Of a DNA stretch of 64,000 nt, positions 7,921 to 18,726 are shown in pieces. Below the pieces are notes generated by a model. The model ran no database searches. It was not told the origin of the DNA and saw only the letters and a list, made by a program, of their open reading frames with translations. Source of the stretch: an uncultured Holophagales bacterium (GTDB lineage Bacteria; Acidobacteriota; Thermoanaerobaculia; Multivoradales; UBA5704); the NCBI GenBank assembly GCA_963842525.1, contig CAWJGT010000023.1, forward strand, positions 192,001 through 256,000, given 5' to 3'. Position numbers and translations under genes: made by a program. How positions within the stretch are numbered: position 1 is the stretch's first letter; each line of letters begins with the position of its first letter.

Positions 7921-9652
7921 TCACCGTCCCTTGGCCGCCCCGGCGATCAGCTCCCGGGCGTGGGAGAGGGAGAGCTGGGTGACCTTCTTGCCGGCGAGCA
8001 TGCGGGCGACCTCTTCGATGCGGGTTTCGGCGTCCAGCGCCTCGACCCGCACGCTGGTCCGCCCCTCCTCGACCTGCTTGCTGACCTTGAAGTGGAGGTC
8101 TGCATGCGAGGCCACCTGCGGCAGGTGGGTGACGGCGAGGATCTGCCCCAGCTTTCCCCGGGGCGCCCTGGCCAGGCGCTGGAGCTTCTTGCCCAGGGCC
8201 GCGGCCTCGGCGCCGCCGATCCCGGTGTCCACCTCGTCGAAGACCAGGGTTGGCCGCGCTTTCTCCTCGCGGGAGGCGAGCTGCAGGGCGAGATGGATGC
8301 GCGACAGCTCGCCGCCCGAGGCGATGCGCGCCAGCGGACGCGGCTCCTCGCCCGGATTCGGAGCGAAGAGGAAGACGACCTGGTCGACCCCGTCGCGGCC
8401 GAAGTCGACCGCCTCACCGTCCATCAACAGCGGGCTGTCGGACCGGCGCCGCCGCTCCAGGCCGACCGTGAGGCGGGCCCGGCCGAGCCCCAGGTCGCTG
8501 AGCTCTCCTTCGACCCGCTCGACGAGGGCCTTCCCCCACTCCTCTCTCTTCTTCGAAAGGACGAGGGCTGCCTGCCGGTAGTCCGCCAGGGCCGCGGCCA
8601 CCCGCACCTCCAGCTCGTCGCGGTTCTCGGCGTCTCCTTCGAGCTCGGCGAGCTCGGCCTCGATCTCCTGGCGGCGCGCGAGGACGGCCGCGCTGTCGGC
8701 GCCATGCTTGCGGAAAAGACGTTCCAGGAGGGCCAGCCGGTCCTCGATCGCGTCGAGCCGTGCCGGATCGGCTTCGAGGCCGTCGAGCCGCCGGCCGAGC
8801 GCCGCGGCCAGCTCGGCCAGCCGGATGTGCACCTCCTCGAGCTTCCGCAGCCCAGCCGGTCGCCAGCGGCTCCCAGGTCTTGACATCCGCCAGGAGGTCC
8901 TGGCTCTTCCCGATCCTCTCCAGGGCTGAGCCCTCGTCCTCGGAAAGGAGCGAGAAGCAGGTACCGAGGGCGCGGACGATCGACTCGACATTGCGCAGCA
9001 CCGCGCGCTCGGCGTGCAGCTCGGCGTCCTCCCCGGCCCGCAGCTTCGCCGCGTCGATCTCGCCTGCCTGGAACCGGAGGAGGTCCAGCCGCTCGCGGCG
9101 CGCCCGGTCGTCGCCGGTCAGCCGCTCCAGCCGCTCGGCGAGCCTGGCGTGCTCGTCGAACACCGCGGCCACGCGAGCGAGGAGCGGCTCGGCCTCGGGG
9201 CCGCCGCTGCGGTCGAGCAGCCCCTTCTGCAGCTCGGGCTCGACCAGCCCCAGCTCGTCGCGCTGGCCGTGGATGCGCAGGAGATAAGGAGCGAGATCCG
9301 TCAACAGCCGAAGGGTCGTGGGCTGATCGTTGACGAAGACCCGGTTCCGGCCGCTCCGGGCGATCTCGCGGCGGACCAGAACCTCTCCGTCCTCTACCGC
9401 GAGCCCCGCCTCGTCGAGCACCCGTTGCCACTCCGTCCCGGACGGCTCGAAGACCCCGCTCACCGACAGCGTCTCCGCGCCGCTGCGGATCATCTCGCCG
9501 CTCGCCCGCGCTCCGGCGAGGAGGGACAGCGAATCGACGACGATCGACTTGCCCGCGCCCGTCTCGCCGGAAAGGACGTTCAGCCCCGGCCCGAACTCGA
9601 CCGATGCCTCGGCCAGGACGGCCAGGTTGCGGATGTGGATCTCGCGCAGCAC
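7921..9652 (-). CDS. recN: DNA repair protein RecN (+1 frameshift near 8844, probably a sequencing error)
   Basis: N-terminus LNVLSGETGAGKSIVVD (Walker A) in ORF 8414-9652; C-terminus ASGGELSR, VFDEVDTGIGG, VTHLPQVA in ORF 7921-8991; the frames join at GCGGA(A)GCTC. Confidence 0.93.
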
Positions 9653-9797
9653 GCGGGGTGTCTACTGGGACTTCGTCCACCGGGGGACGTTAGCGCCGGA
9701 GCATATCAAAAGAGGGGCGGGTACGAGCGGGATTCCCGGTTTCGGGAACGCGAGCTTGTCATGGGGCACCGCGTTTAGTGTATCATTCGCATCTGAC

Positions 9798-10039
9798 ATG
9801 GCTCCCCATACCGTAACTCTACAGCTCCCACCACCGCTTTATGAAGAGCTGGTTCAAAAGGCCGCTGAGGCCCAACGCAGCTTGGAGGCTGAGCCTTGGA
9901 GTTGCTGGTGGCTGTCATGCCCTCGAATGAGACGCTGCCTCCTGACCTTGCCCAGGCCATCGAGGGCCTTTCGGTCCTGGACGAGGACGCACTCTGGCAG
10001 GCGGCTCGCCATCGCTTGGCGACCGATGCCTGGCGCTGA
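9798..10039 (+). pseudogene. Small antitoxin-like hypothetical protein, frameshifted and probably truncated
   Basis: MAPHTVTLQLPPPLYEELVQKAAEAQRSLEAE continues in another frame as LELLVAVMPSNETLPPDLAQAIEGLSVLDEDALWQAAR. Confidence 0.5.
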
Positions 10040-10118
10040 GCCTCAATCGGCCCTCTCTGGTTACAGCGCGCCGTCTGTGGACGGCTGTAGGCTGGCATCC
10101 GCCTAAAGATTGATCCCC

Positions 10119-10514
10119 TCACCCCTTCTTCGGCCCGTTCCACGTCGTCGGCACGAACTCCGGATCCTCCTGCGCCCTTCGTTCGAAGGCGAGGAAGTCG
10201 TAATAGCCGCAGCGGTTCTGGCCCGGGTAGTTGCGGCAGATCTCGGGCCTCGCCTCGTAGACCGTGCAGCGGCGGGTCTTCCGGTCGAGGAAGCGGCAGG
10301 CGGTGCCGTAGACGGGATCGGGCAGGTGGCGCAGGACGATTTCGCCTGGCTCTTCGCTCTTCTTGGTAAACTTCCGGGCTGCGACCTCCAGGCTGACCCC
10401 GAAGTGCTGGGCCAGCCTGGCGACGTCGGAGGGCTCGACCGGGATGCGCGGGTAGGAGCAGCAGTACGCGGGGCACCGGTCGCAACAGTAGAAGATCGGC
10501 AGTGAAGCACCCAT
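10119..10514 (-). CDS. YkgJ-family cysteine-cluster (Zn/Fe-S) protein
   Basis: CDRCPAYCC...CRFLD...RCTVYEARPEICRNYP pattern. Confidence 0.85.
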   Translation of the reverse strand: MGASLPIFYCCDRCPAYCCSYPRIPVEPSDVARLAQHFGVSLEVAARKFTKKSEEPGEIVLRHLPDPVYGTACRFLDRKTRRCTVYEARPEICRNYPGQNRCGYYDFLAFERRAQEDPEFVPTTWNGPKKG

Positions 10515-10561
10515 TCATGGCATTGTAGCCGCAAAAGACCGACGGCAACGACGGAGATCTC

Positions 10562-12568
10562 ATGAGAGCCAAGACCCTGGCATCGATCCTCACCGCCCTC
10601 CTGCTCGCGCTCGCGAGCGGCACCGTCCGGGCCGCCGAGCCGGACACCGACGTCGTGCCTGTCCCGGACAGCATCGTCGTCAAGAACGTCCCCCCAATCC
10701 AGGGGCGGACCGACGACCTCCTGCCGTACGAGAACATCCGGACGGCGACCGTGGCGGACTGGTTCCCCAAGGAACGCCGGCTCCTCATCCGGACCCGGTT
10801 CGCCCAGTCGGTCCAGCTCCACGAGGTCGGGATGCCGATGGGCGCCCGCAAGCAGCTCACCTTCTACAACGATCCGGTCCTCGGCGGCTCGGTCCGCCCC
10901 AGCGATCCGAGCCAGGTCGTTTTCACCTTGAACGAAGGGGGCGCGGAGAACTTCCAGATCTTCCTGCTCGACCGCTCCACCGGCCAGGCACGCCGGTTCA
11001 CCGACGGCAAGAGCCGCCACCAGGGCGGGCGCTGGTCGCGCGACGGCAAGCTCATCGCCTATGTGAACAACGCGCGCAACGGCCGCGACCTCGACCTCTA
11101 TGTGGCCGATCCGGCGGTGCCGGGCAGCGAGCGGCGGGTGATCGAGCTGCAGGGCTCCTGGGGCACGCTCGACTGGAGCCACGACAACCAGCGCATCCTG
11201 CTCTCCGAGGACATCTCCGCCAACGAGGGGTACCTCCATTGGGTCGACATCGCGACCGGCAAGCTGCACACGATCACGCCGCGCGGCGAGAAGAGGGAGC
11301 CCACGGTCTCCTACCAGGGCGGCCTGTGGTCCAAGGACGACCGCGCGGTCTACACCACCACGGACCGTGATTCCGAGTTCCTCCGCCTCACCCGCCTCGG
11401 TGTGGACGGCAAGGCCACCGTCCTCTCCGGCGACATTCCCTGGGACGTGGACGGCTTCGACCTCTCGGACGACGGCAACCTCCTGGCCTTCTTCACGAAC
11501 GAGGACGGCTTCAGCAAGCTGCACTTCGTCAACCCCGAGACCGGCGCCTCTCTGCCGACGCCGGAGCTGCCGCCCGGCGTGGCCGGAGCCCCGCGCTTCC
11601 GCCCCGGCGCGCACGAGGTGGCCTTCGCCATCAGTTGGGCCCGCTCGCCCTCGGACGTGTACACCTACGATCCCGAGAGCCGGCGGCTCGAGCGCTGGAC
11701 GGCGAGCGAGGCCGGCGGCCTGAACACGGAGGTATTCGCCGTGCCGCAGCTCGTCCGCTATTCGACGTTCGACGAGGCCCGCCCTGGCGAGAAAAGAACG
11801 ATCCCGGCTTTCGTCTACCGGCCGCCGGCGGACCGCTTCCCGGGCCGCCGCCCGGTCTACATCAGCTTCCACGGCGGACCCGAGGGGCAGGCGCAGCCGG
11901 ACTTCCTCGGCAGCGCCAACTACTTCATCAACGAGCTGGGAGTCGTCCTCATCTACCCGAACGTCCGCGGCTCGACCGGCTATGGCAAGACCTACCTCAG
12001 CCTGGACAACGCCGAGAAGCGGGAGGACTCGGTCAAGGACGCCGGCGCGCTGCTCGACTGGATCGCCACCCAGCCCGACCTCGACGCGCAGCGGGTGATG
12101 GTCTCCGGCGGCTCGTACGGCGGCTACATGGTGCTCGCCTCGCTGGTGCACTACGGCGACCGCCTGTGCTGCGCCTATGACACCGTCGGCATCAGCAACT
12201 TCATCACCTTCCTCCAGAATACGAGCGACTACCGGCGGGACCTGCGGCGGGCCGAGTACGGCGACGAGCGCGACCCGAAGATGCGGGCGGTCTTCGAGCA
12301 GATCTCCCCGGCCCGCAAGGCCGACCGCATCCGCCGGCCGCTGCTGGTGGCCCAGGGCGCCAACGACCCGCGGGTGCCGCTGTCGGAGTCCGACCAGATC
12401 GTCGCCGCGGTCGAGAAGAACGGCGTACCGGTCTGGTACGTCATCGCCAAGAACGAGGGGCACGGGTTCCAGAAGAAGACGAATACGGACTACATGCGCC
12501 TGGTCCAGATCCAGTTCATGCGGCAGTACCTGCTGGGGGACGAGGCGGCGGCGAAGACCAGCCGCTGA
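10562..12568 (+). CDS. Secreted S9-family (prolyl oligopeptidase-like) peptidase
   Basis: Signal peptide, beta-propeller region, HGGPEGQ, PNVRGSTGYG, GGSYGG nucleophile, NDPRVP and EGHGF. Confidence 0.93.
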   Translation: MRAKTLASILTALLLALASGTVRAAEPDTDVVPVPDSIVVKNVPPIQGRTDDLLPYENIRTATVADWFPKERRLLIRTRFAQSVQLHEVGMPMGARKQLTFYNDPVLGGSVRPSDPSQVVFTLNEGGAENFQIFLLDRSTGQARRFTDGKSRHQGGRWSRDGKLIAYVNNARNGRDLDLYVADPAVPGSERRVIELQGSWGTLDWSHDNQRILLSEDISANEGYLHWVDIATGKLHTITPRGEKREPTVSYQGGLWSKDDRAVYTTTDRDSEFLRLTRLGVDGKATVLSGDIPWDVDGFDLSDDGNLLAFFTNEDGFSKLHFVNPETGASLPTPELPPGVAGAPRFRPGAHEVAFAISWARSPSDVYTYDPESRRLERWTASEAGGLNTEVFAVPQLVRYSTFDEARPGEKRTIPAFVYRPPADRFPGRRPVYISFHGGPEGQAQPDFLGSANYFINELGVVLIYPNVRGSTGYGKTYLSLDNAEKREDSVKDAGALLDWIATQPDLDAQRVMVSGGSYGGYMVLASLVHYGDRLCCAYDTVGISNFITFLQNTSDYRRDLRRAEYGDERDPKMRAVFEQISPARKADRIRRPLLVAQGANDPRVPLSESDQIVAAVEKNGVPVWYVIAKNEGHGFQKKTNTDYMRLVQIQFMRQYLLGDEAAAKTSR

Positions 12569-12571
12569 GGT

Positions 12572-13570
12572 CTACGGCGTAAAGATCGCCACGCGGTTGC
12601 GGCCGCTGCGCTTGGCCTTGAGAAGGGCGCTGTCGGCGGCGTGGTAGAGGTCCTGGGGGTTGGCCATGCCCTCGGCGAGCTCGGCGACGCCGAAGGAGCA
12701 GGTCATCGAGATCTTGAGATCACCGTAGCGGTGGTCCAGGCCCACGATCCGGTCGCGCAGCTTCGAGGCCAGGGTCTCTGCCCCCTCGGCGCTGGTCTCG
12801 GGCGCCAGGATCACGAACTCATCGCCCCCGACCCGGGCCAGCATCTGCTCGGGCCGCACCAGGTCGCGCGCCAGCGAGGCCACCTGCTTCAAGACGAAGT
12901 CGCCGCAGAGGTGGCCGTACGTGTCGTTGATCTGCTTGAACTCGTCGAGGTCGAAGATGACCAGCGACAACGGCCGGTTGTGGCGCAGGGCGCGGGCGAG
13001 CTCGCGTTGCACCTCTTCCTCGTACTTGCGCTTGTTGTAGACCTCGGTCAGGCCGTCGCGCGACACCAGCTCGTAGATCGCCAGGTGATAGGCGCTCTCG
13101 ACGTCCTGCTCGTGCAGGAACTTGAAATGCACGGCCGCGGTCTGGAACCGGTCGCCGCTGCGCAGCACGGTCCGGCCATGGATCGGATGGCCGTTGATAT
13201 AGGTGCCGTTGGTGCTCCCCAGGTCCTCGATCGTCACCGTGGAGCCGACGTAGCGCAGCCGCGCATGCTTGCGGGACAACGACATCACCTCGGGCAGGCT
13301 GATCCGGAGCGAGGCCGACCGCCCGATCTCCAGCGTGGTCGCCGGGGACAGGCGGTATCTCGTCCCGAGCCGCTGGCTCTCCGGATGGGCGATCAGGATG
13401 ATGTCGGCCTCCGACTCGAGGAGGGACGGATTCTCTTCGTCCGGAGCCCGGCTGACATTCTGGAAGGTATGGGTGAGCCCGCTCTCCTGCGAGATCGACA
13501 GCTCGTCCGTGTCCGAGCCCCCTCCCCAGGAGGGGCGGTCGCGGGAATCGGACATCTGCGGGTCGCTCAT
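12572..13570 (-). CDS. FHA-domain diguanylate cyclase
   Basis: FHA motifs IGRS, SRKHA, DLGSTNGTYING; GGDEF domain DLDEFKQINDTYGHLCGD, ARVGGDEF. Confidence 0.93.
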   Translation of the reverse strand: MSDPQMSDSRDRPSWGGGSDTDELSISQESGLTHTFQNVSRAPDEENPSLLESEADIILIAHPESQRLGTRYRLSPATTLEIGRSASLRISLPEVMSLSRKHARLRYVGSTVTIEDLGSTNGTYINGHPIHGRTVLRSGDRFQTAAVHFKFLHEQDVESAYHLAIYELVSRDGLTEVYNKRKYEEEVQRELARALRHNRPLSLVIFDLDEFKQINDTYGHLCGDFVLKQVASLARDLVRPEQMLARVGGDEFVILAPETSAEGAETLASKLRDRIVGLDHRYGDLKISMTCSFGVAELAEGMANPQDLYHAADSALLKAKRSGRNRVAIFTP

Positions 13571-13752
13571 TGGCCTGCGCTCCGGGCTCATGGGTGAAGA
13601 TAAGGCAGGAGTGATCCTACCATATCGGCGCGCCTTCTCCGGAAGGCCGGAGGGTGGGCTCACCCTGAGCGCCCCTGTCCTGGACACGCGGCGCGATTTG
13701 CGTAACAATATTGGCAATCATGCATCAGTGCGGACCTGTCCTGGCGAAAAGA

Positions 13753-15687
13753 ATGGCGATCCACTGGATCCGCGTCCTGCTCGCCGTTCTCTGCGTCCTC
13801 CCCGCTGCCGCGGCCCGCGCGCAGACCAACGCTCCGGCCCATCCCGGGTTTCCGGCCCCGCCCAATGGCAACAACCTAGGCCTCGTCACCAACAGCAAGG
13901 CCCTGGTCGTCGACCTGGACAACAACGGCAGCGCGCAGGAGATCGTGGTGGGCACCAACACCGGCCGGTTGCTCGTGCTCAACCACGACGGGACGGTCCG
14001 CACCGGCTGGACGGGCGGCAAGACCCTGCGCTCCGAGGTCGCCTCCAGCCCGGCGGCCGGCAACCTGGACGCGGACAGCCAGCTCGAGATCGTCGTGGGC
14101 TCGGGCTCGGCGGTCCCGGGCAATGAAGACGGCGAGGTCGTGGCGTTCAACGCCGACGGCTCGGTCCTCTGGCGTTTCTCACCTCTCGACCACTATCCGC
14201 TGGACGGCCTTCCCGACGCCGTGTTCGGCACCCCGGCGCTGGGGGACCTCGACGGCGACGGCAAGGACGACGTCGCCTTCGGCGCCTTCGACTTCCGGGT
14301 CTGGGCGTTGAAGGGGACGAACGGCGCGGTGCTGCCCGGCTGGCCGGTGTTCGTGCGCGACAGCATCTGGAGCTTCCCCGCTCTCGCCGACCTCGACGGG
14401 AACGGCAGCCTCGAGATCATCATCGGCTCGGACGTCCACCTGGAGGGCCCCCCCATCAACACGCCGCAGGGGGGCGCCCTGTGGGTCTTCCGCAGCAACG
14501 GCTCGAATCATCCGGGCTTCCCCCGCTTCCTGACCTATGCCGAGCAGGGGGTCGAGGTCGGCATCCAGGCCTCTCCGGTGGTGGGGGACGTCACGGGGGA
14601 CGGCTGCCCCGACATCGTCGTGGGCACCGGAATGCCCTGGCCCACAGGCACCACGGTCGGCCGCTTCCTGCACGTCTATCAGCGCGACGGCACGATCCCG
14701 CCGGGGTGGCCGAAGGCCCTCGCCGGACAGGTGGTCGGCTCCCCCGCGCTGGGCAACCTGGACGCCGACGCCGCGCTGGAAATCGTCGCGCCGGTGATCA
14801 AGTTCGTGAACGCCGGCGGCTTCGTGGCGCCGAACGAGGGCTACGTCTACGGCTTCAACGGCGACGGAACGCAGATCTTCCAGCTCCGGCCGAAGACCTA
14901 CACGGGAGCCAACGCCGACACGATCGGCGAGCCCATCATCGCCCAGGTCGGGGCCGACAACCCGGCCATCCTGGTCAGCTCGGTCGGCTTCGACGTCGCC
15001 CTGATCTCCAAGACGGGGACGCAGCTCTCCGAGGAAGGCCCGCCCTACGACAAGCTCATCTACACCACGCAGCGGCCGGTCGCCGGGCCGGCGGTCGCCA
15101 ACCTGGACGCCAACGGCACCCTCACGCTGGTCGCCGCGTCCGGGAAGAACGTGGCCGATGCGGACGATCTCGGGGTCTTCGCCTGGGACCTGGGCGCGGT
15201 CGGCGCCCTGCCCTGGCCCCAGTTCCGCCAGGGCCCGAAGCGCACGGGCACGGCGCCCGGGACCACGGGCTGCGCGCTCCCCTCCGAGTCGCTCAACTAC
15301 TTCACCTTGACGCCCTGCCGGGTCTCCGACTCGCGCCAGGCGGGCAACCTCACCTACGGCGGCCCCAAGCTGGTCGCCGGCGAGCAGCGGGAGATCACCT
15401 TCCACAGCAACCCACACACGAGCTGCGGCGTGCCGGGCACGGCCAAGGCGGTGGTCATCAACGTCTCGGTCACCGCGCCCACCCACGCCGGCTCGCTGCG
15501 CCTCTTCCCCGGCGGCGACGGCGTGCCGTCCAGCTCTACCGTCTCCTTTGGACCCAACCAGACGCGCGCCACCAGCGCGGTCATGCCCCTGTCCTTCGAC
15601 GACCGGGGCAACCTGGCCGTCTATGTGGACATGCCGGCCGGCGGGCAGGTGCACGTCATCCTCGACGTCTTCGGCTATTTCCAGTAG
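13753..15687 (+). CDS. Secreted FG-GAP/VCBS-repeat protein with C-terminal TPCR...GYFQ domain
   Basis: Signal peptide; repeats PALGDLDGDGKDD, PALADLDGNGSLEI, PVVGDVTGDGCPDI; C-terminal domain shared with 23770-24237. Confidence 0.88.
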   Translation: MAIHWIRVLLAVLCVLPAAAARAQTNAPAHPGFPAPPNGNNLGLVTNSKALVVDLDNNGSAQEIVVGTNTGRLLVLNHDGTVRTGWTGGKTLRSEVASSPAAGNLDADSQLEIVVGSGSAVPGNEDGEVVAFNADGSVLWRFSPLDHYPLDGLPDAVFGTPALGDLDGDGKDDVAFGAFDFRVWALKGTNGAVLPGWPVFVRDSIWSFPALADLDGNGSLEIIIGSDVHLEGPPINTPQGGALWVFRSNGSNHPGFPRFLTYAEQGVEVGIQASPVVGDVTGDGCPDIVVGTGMPWPTGTTVGRFLHVYQRDGTIPPGWPKALAGQVVGSPALGNLDADAALEIVAPVIKFVNAGGFVAPNEGYVYGFNGDGTQIFQLRPKTYTGANADTIGEPIIAQVGADNPAILVSSVGFDVALISKTGTQLSEEGPPYDKLIYTTQRPVAGPAVANLDANGTLTLVAASGKNVADADDLGVFAWDLGAVGALPWPQFRQGPKRTGTAPGTTGCALPSESLNYFTLTPCRVSDSRQAGNLTYGGPKLVAGEQREITFHSNPHTSCGVPGTAKAVVINVSVTAPTHAGSLRLFPGGDGVPSSSTVSFGPNQTRATSAVMPLSFDDRGNLAVYVDMPAGGQVHVILDVFGYFQ

Positions 15688-15767
15688 GTAGAAAAACAGC
15701 GACTTCATGTGATCAACTTGTCCTTGGGGTCGGCTTGCCGATCCGAGGACACGGGGGTCTTGTGGTC

Positions 15768-16451
15768 ATGCCGACGGCCGAACGCGAGCTGGACGTCTGG
15801 GACCGGCACTGGCGCGGGTTCCGCGGCGAGCGCTCGCTCTTCGGAACGGTGGCGTCGCTCGTGCGCCGGCTCGTGCTCTGCCGGGCGGTTCGCCACTACA
15901 CGGGGCGCTACTTCGCGCCGCAGGGCTGGTTCGCCGATGCGGGGTGCGGCACGGGCCAGGCCTCGGCGCAGATCGAGCCCGCCGCGCGGCGCCTCCTGGG
16001 GCTCGATTTCTCCTTCGAGGCTTTGCTCGAGGCCCGCCGGACCTCTTCCTACCGTGCGCTGGTGCAATGCGACATCCGTCATCTGCCCTTCCGCGACGGC
16101 TCCCTGGCAGGGGTGTGGAACCTGGGGGTCATGGAGCACTTCCATCCGCCGGAGGGCCAGGAGATCCTGCGGGAGCTTGCCCGCACCCTGCGCCCGGGCG
16201 GCACCGCCCTCCTCTTCTGGCCGCCCGAGATGGGCTCGTCGCGCCTGGTCGTCGCCCCCCTCGAGTGGGTCCGCACCCACGTGAGCGGCAGGAAGTTCGA
16301 GCTCTTCCCGGCGGAGGTCAACCGGCTCCGCTCCTTTCGCCACGCCCGGGCCATGCTGCGCGGCGGCGCCCTCGAGCCGGCAGCCGTCCACTTCTCCTTC
16401 CACGATCTCTTCATTCACTTCGTGGTGGTGGGTCGAAAGCTGCCGACGTGA
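15768..16451 (+). CDS. Class I SAM-dependent methyltransferase
   Basis: ADAGCGTG, LGLDFS, DIRHLPFRDGS, LRPGG. Confidence 0.88.
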   Translation: MPTAERELDVWDRHWRGFRGERSLFGTVASLVRRLVLCRAVRHYTGRYFAPQGWFADAGCGTGQASAQIEPAARRLLGLDFSFEALLEARRTSSYRALVQCDIRHLPFRDGSLAGVWNLGVMEHFHPPEGQEILRELARTLRPGGTALLFWPPEMGSSRLVVAPLEWVRTHVSGRKFELFPAEVNRLRSFRHARAMLRGGALEPAAVHFSFHDLFIHFVVVGRKLPT

Positions 16452-18720
16452 CCCGGATCGTCGCGGTCATCGCCGCCTACGACGAGGAGGAGACGATCGA
16501 GGCCCTGGCCCGGCGTCTCCACGTCACCTTCCAGGGTATGGAGGGCGTCGAGGGGGAGATGCTGTTCGTGGTGGAGGGCCGGGACCGGACGCGGGAGATC
16601 CTGGAGCGGCTCTCCGGCGAGATCCCCGGCATTCGCATCCTCTACAGCCCTGAGCCGGCCGGTCTGGGCGCCGCGTTCCGCCGCGGGTTCGCCGCGGTGC
16701 CCGCCGGCGCCGACCTCGTCGTCACCATGGACGCGGACCTCAACCACCAGCCGGAGGAGATCCCCCGCCTCCTCGCCCGCATGCGGGAGTCGGGCTGCGA
16801 CATCCTCGTAGGGTCGCGGCACCTGGACGCCAGCCGGGTCGAGGGGACTCCGATCTGGAAGAGGCTCCTGTCCGGGTCGGTCAACGTGCTGATGCGCTTC
16901 CTCTATGGCGTCAGCGTCCGGGACCAGACCTCCGGCTTCCGCCTCTACAAGGCCGCGGTGGTGCGCCGGGTCGAGATCCGGCGCACCGGCTTCGCCTTCC
17001 TGCCTGAGATCCTGATCCGCGCCTGCCGGATGGGCCTGCGGGTGGACGAAGAGCCGATCCATTTCATCTTCCGCCGCCAGGGCCGCTCCAAGATGGCCTT
17101 CTGGCGGACCAGCCTGAGCTACCTGGCCCTGCTGGGCGCCCGCATCGATGCCCGGACCGCAGCGGTCCTCTGCCTGCTCCTCGCCGGGCTCGCCCTGCGG
17201 CTCGCGCTCACGTTCCCGGCCCACAAGTACGTGGGAGATGCGGACTCGCTGCTGACCGGGATGCGGGCTTTTCATGTGCTGCGCGGCGAGACCCCGGTGT
17301 TCTTCTCCGGGGTGCGCATCGGCTCGATCGAGCCCCATGCCGCAGCGGCGGTCTTCCTGGTCGCGGGCGCCTCGCGCACCACGCTGGCGGCGGTCCCGCT
17401 CCTCTTCGGATTCGGCCTGCTGGCAGCTCTCTTCGGCCTCTACCGGGAGCTCTTCCCGCGCGACGTGGCCCTCTGGGCGCTGGTCTTCGCCGCCTTCCCC
17501 GCCCCTGCCTTCCTGGCCTGGACCTACATGCCGAACGGCTACGCCGCCACCCTGTTCCTGTGCGGGGTCCTCCTCTGGCTGGCCGCCCTGCTGGTGCGGC
17601 GCGGCCCGAGCCGCGCGCTGGTCGTCCTGTTCGGGGTCGCGGCCGGACTGGGCTGGTGGCAATCTTTCCAGACGCTGGGGGTGCTCGGCGCGGCCGGGGT
17701 CTGGCTGCTGTGGAGCCGTCGCGAGCTGTGGCGCCGCCCCCGCCTTTGGGCTCTCGGCCTGGCCGGCTTCGCCCTGGGCGCGTTCCCCTGGATTGCCTAC
17801 AACGTCGTCTGGCCCCTCCGGACCTTCCGCGGCAACTACGCGGCCCGGCCGGCCCAGGGGAGCGAGGCCATCCTCGACAACGCCCACTACTTCCTCACCT
17901 ACAGCCTCCCGGAGATCGTCACCCCCGTCCGAGAGAACTGGGCAGAGCCTTGAAGGATCCGGCCATCGTGCTGCACGACGGCCTGCGTGTCCCCATCCGG
18001 CTCCTCTTCGCCGCCGCGGCCCTGCTGTTCCTTGCTGCGCCCGCGCTGCCCGGACAGCCGGGCCGGGCGGTGCGGCAAAGGGTCGGCTCCTCGCCATGGC
18101 TCCTGTTCGTCCTGGCCATCCTCGCCTACGCGGTGCTCAACATCTTCTCGGAGGCCGGACAGACTAGAGTGACCTCGGTGCGCTACGTGCTGCCGCTTTA
18201 TCTCGTGGTTCCGGGAATGCTCGGGGCGCTCCTGTCGCTCGCCGCCGCGCGGAGCCGGGTGCTGGCCGGTCTGCTCGCCCTCGCGGTCATCCTCTTCAAC
18301 GTCACGGCCTACCACTGGCCCGGGCGGGCTTCGCGCGATGCCTGGCGCGACGGGGCCGAGAGCGACGATCGGCTGGTCGAGCTGCTCCGGCGCCGGGGCG
18401 TCACCGCGGCTGTGGGGGGCTATTGGACGGCCTATCCCATCAACTTCCTGAGCAACGAGCAGATCCTGGCCCTGCCCTGCAACTCGGACCAGTACGCTTA
18501 CCGGGACCGGCGGCCCCCTGATCGCCTCTACCGCTGGGCCCTGGTCTCGGCCTGGCCCGACGAGCTCGAGAGGTGGGCGGCAAGGGCCGGTGTGGCCGGC
18601 TCGCTCGAGCTCGCCGCGCCGCAGCGCGCCGTTCTCGTCCTCGCGGACAAACCCTCCAATCCCATGGCCCAGGAGCGGCTCCTGGGCAACCTCATCGCGA
18701 CCTGCAAGACCCAGGACTGA
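16448..18720 (+). CDS. GT2 (DPM1-like polyprenol-P-sugar synthase) fused to an ArnT/PMT-like GT-C membrane domain; +1 frameshift near 17948
   Basis: VIAAYDEEE, TMDADLNHQPEEIP, DQTSGFR, then a multi-TM domain; the C-terminal TMs continue in ORF 17560-18720 (YVLPLY, GYWTAYPINFLS). Confidence 0.8.
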
Positions 18721-18726
18721 GCTTTT

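Noticed and set aside
8835-8855. Programmed frameshift in recN
   Set aside because: No slippery sequence; same pattern as the other probable sequencing errors.
10103-12463. Long antisense ORFs (also 28203-30485, 40455-42077, 50677-52761, 52226-54742)
   Set aside because: Shadow frames of well-supported high-GC genes on the opposite strand.
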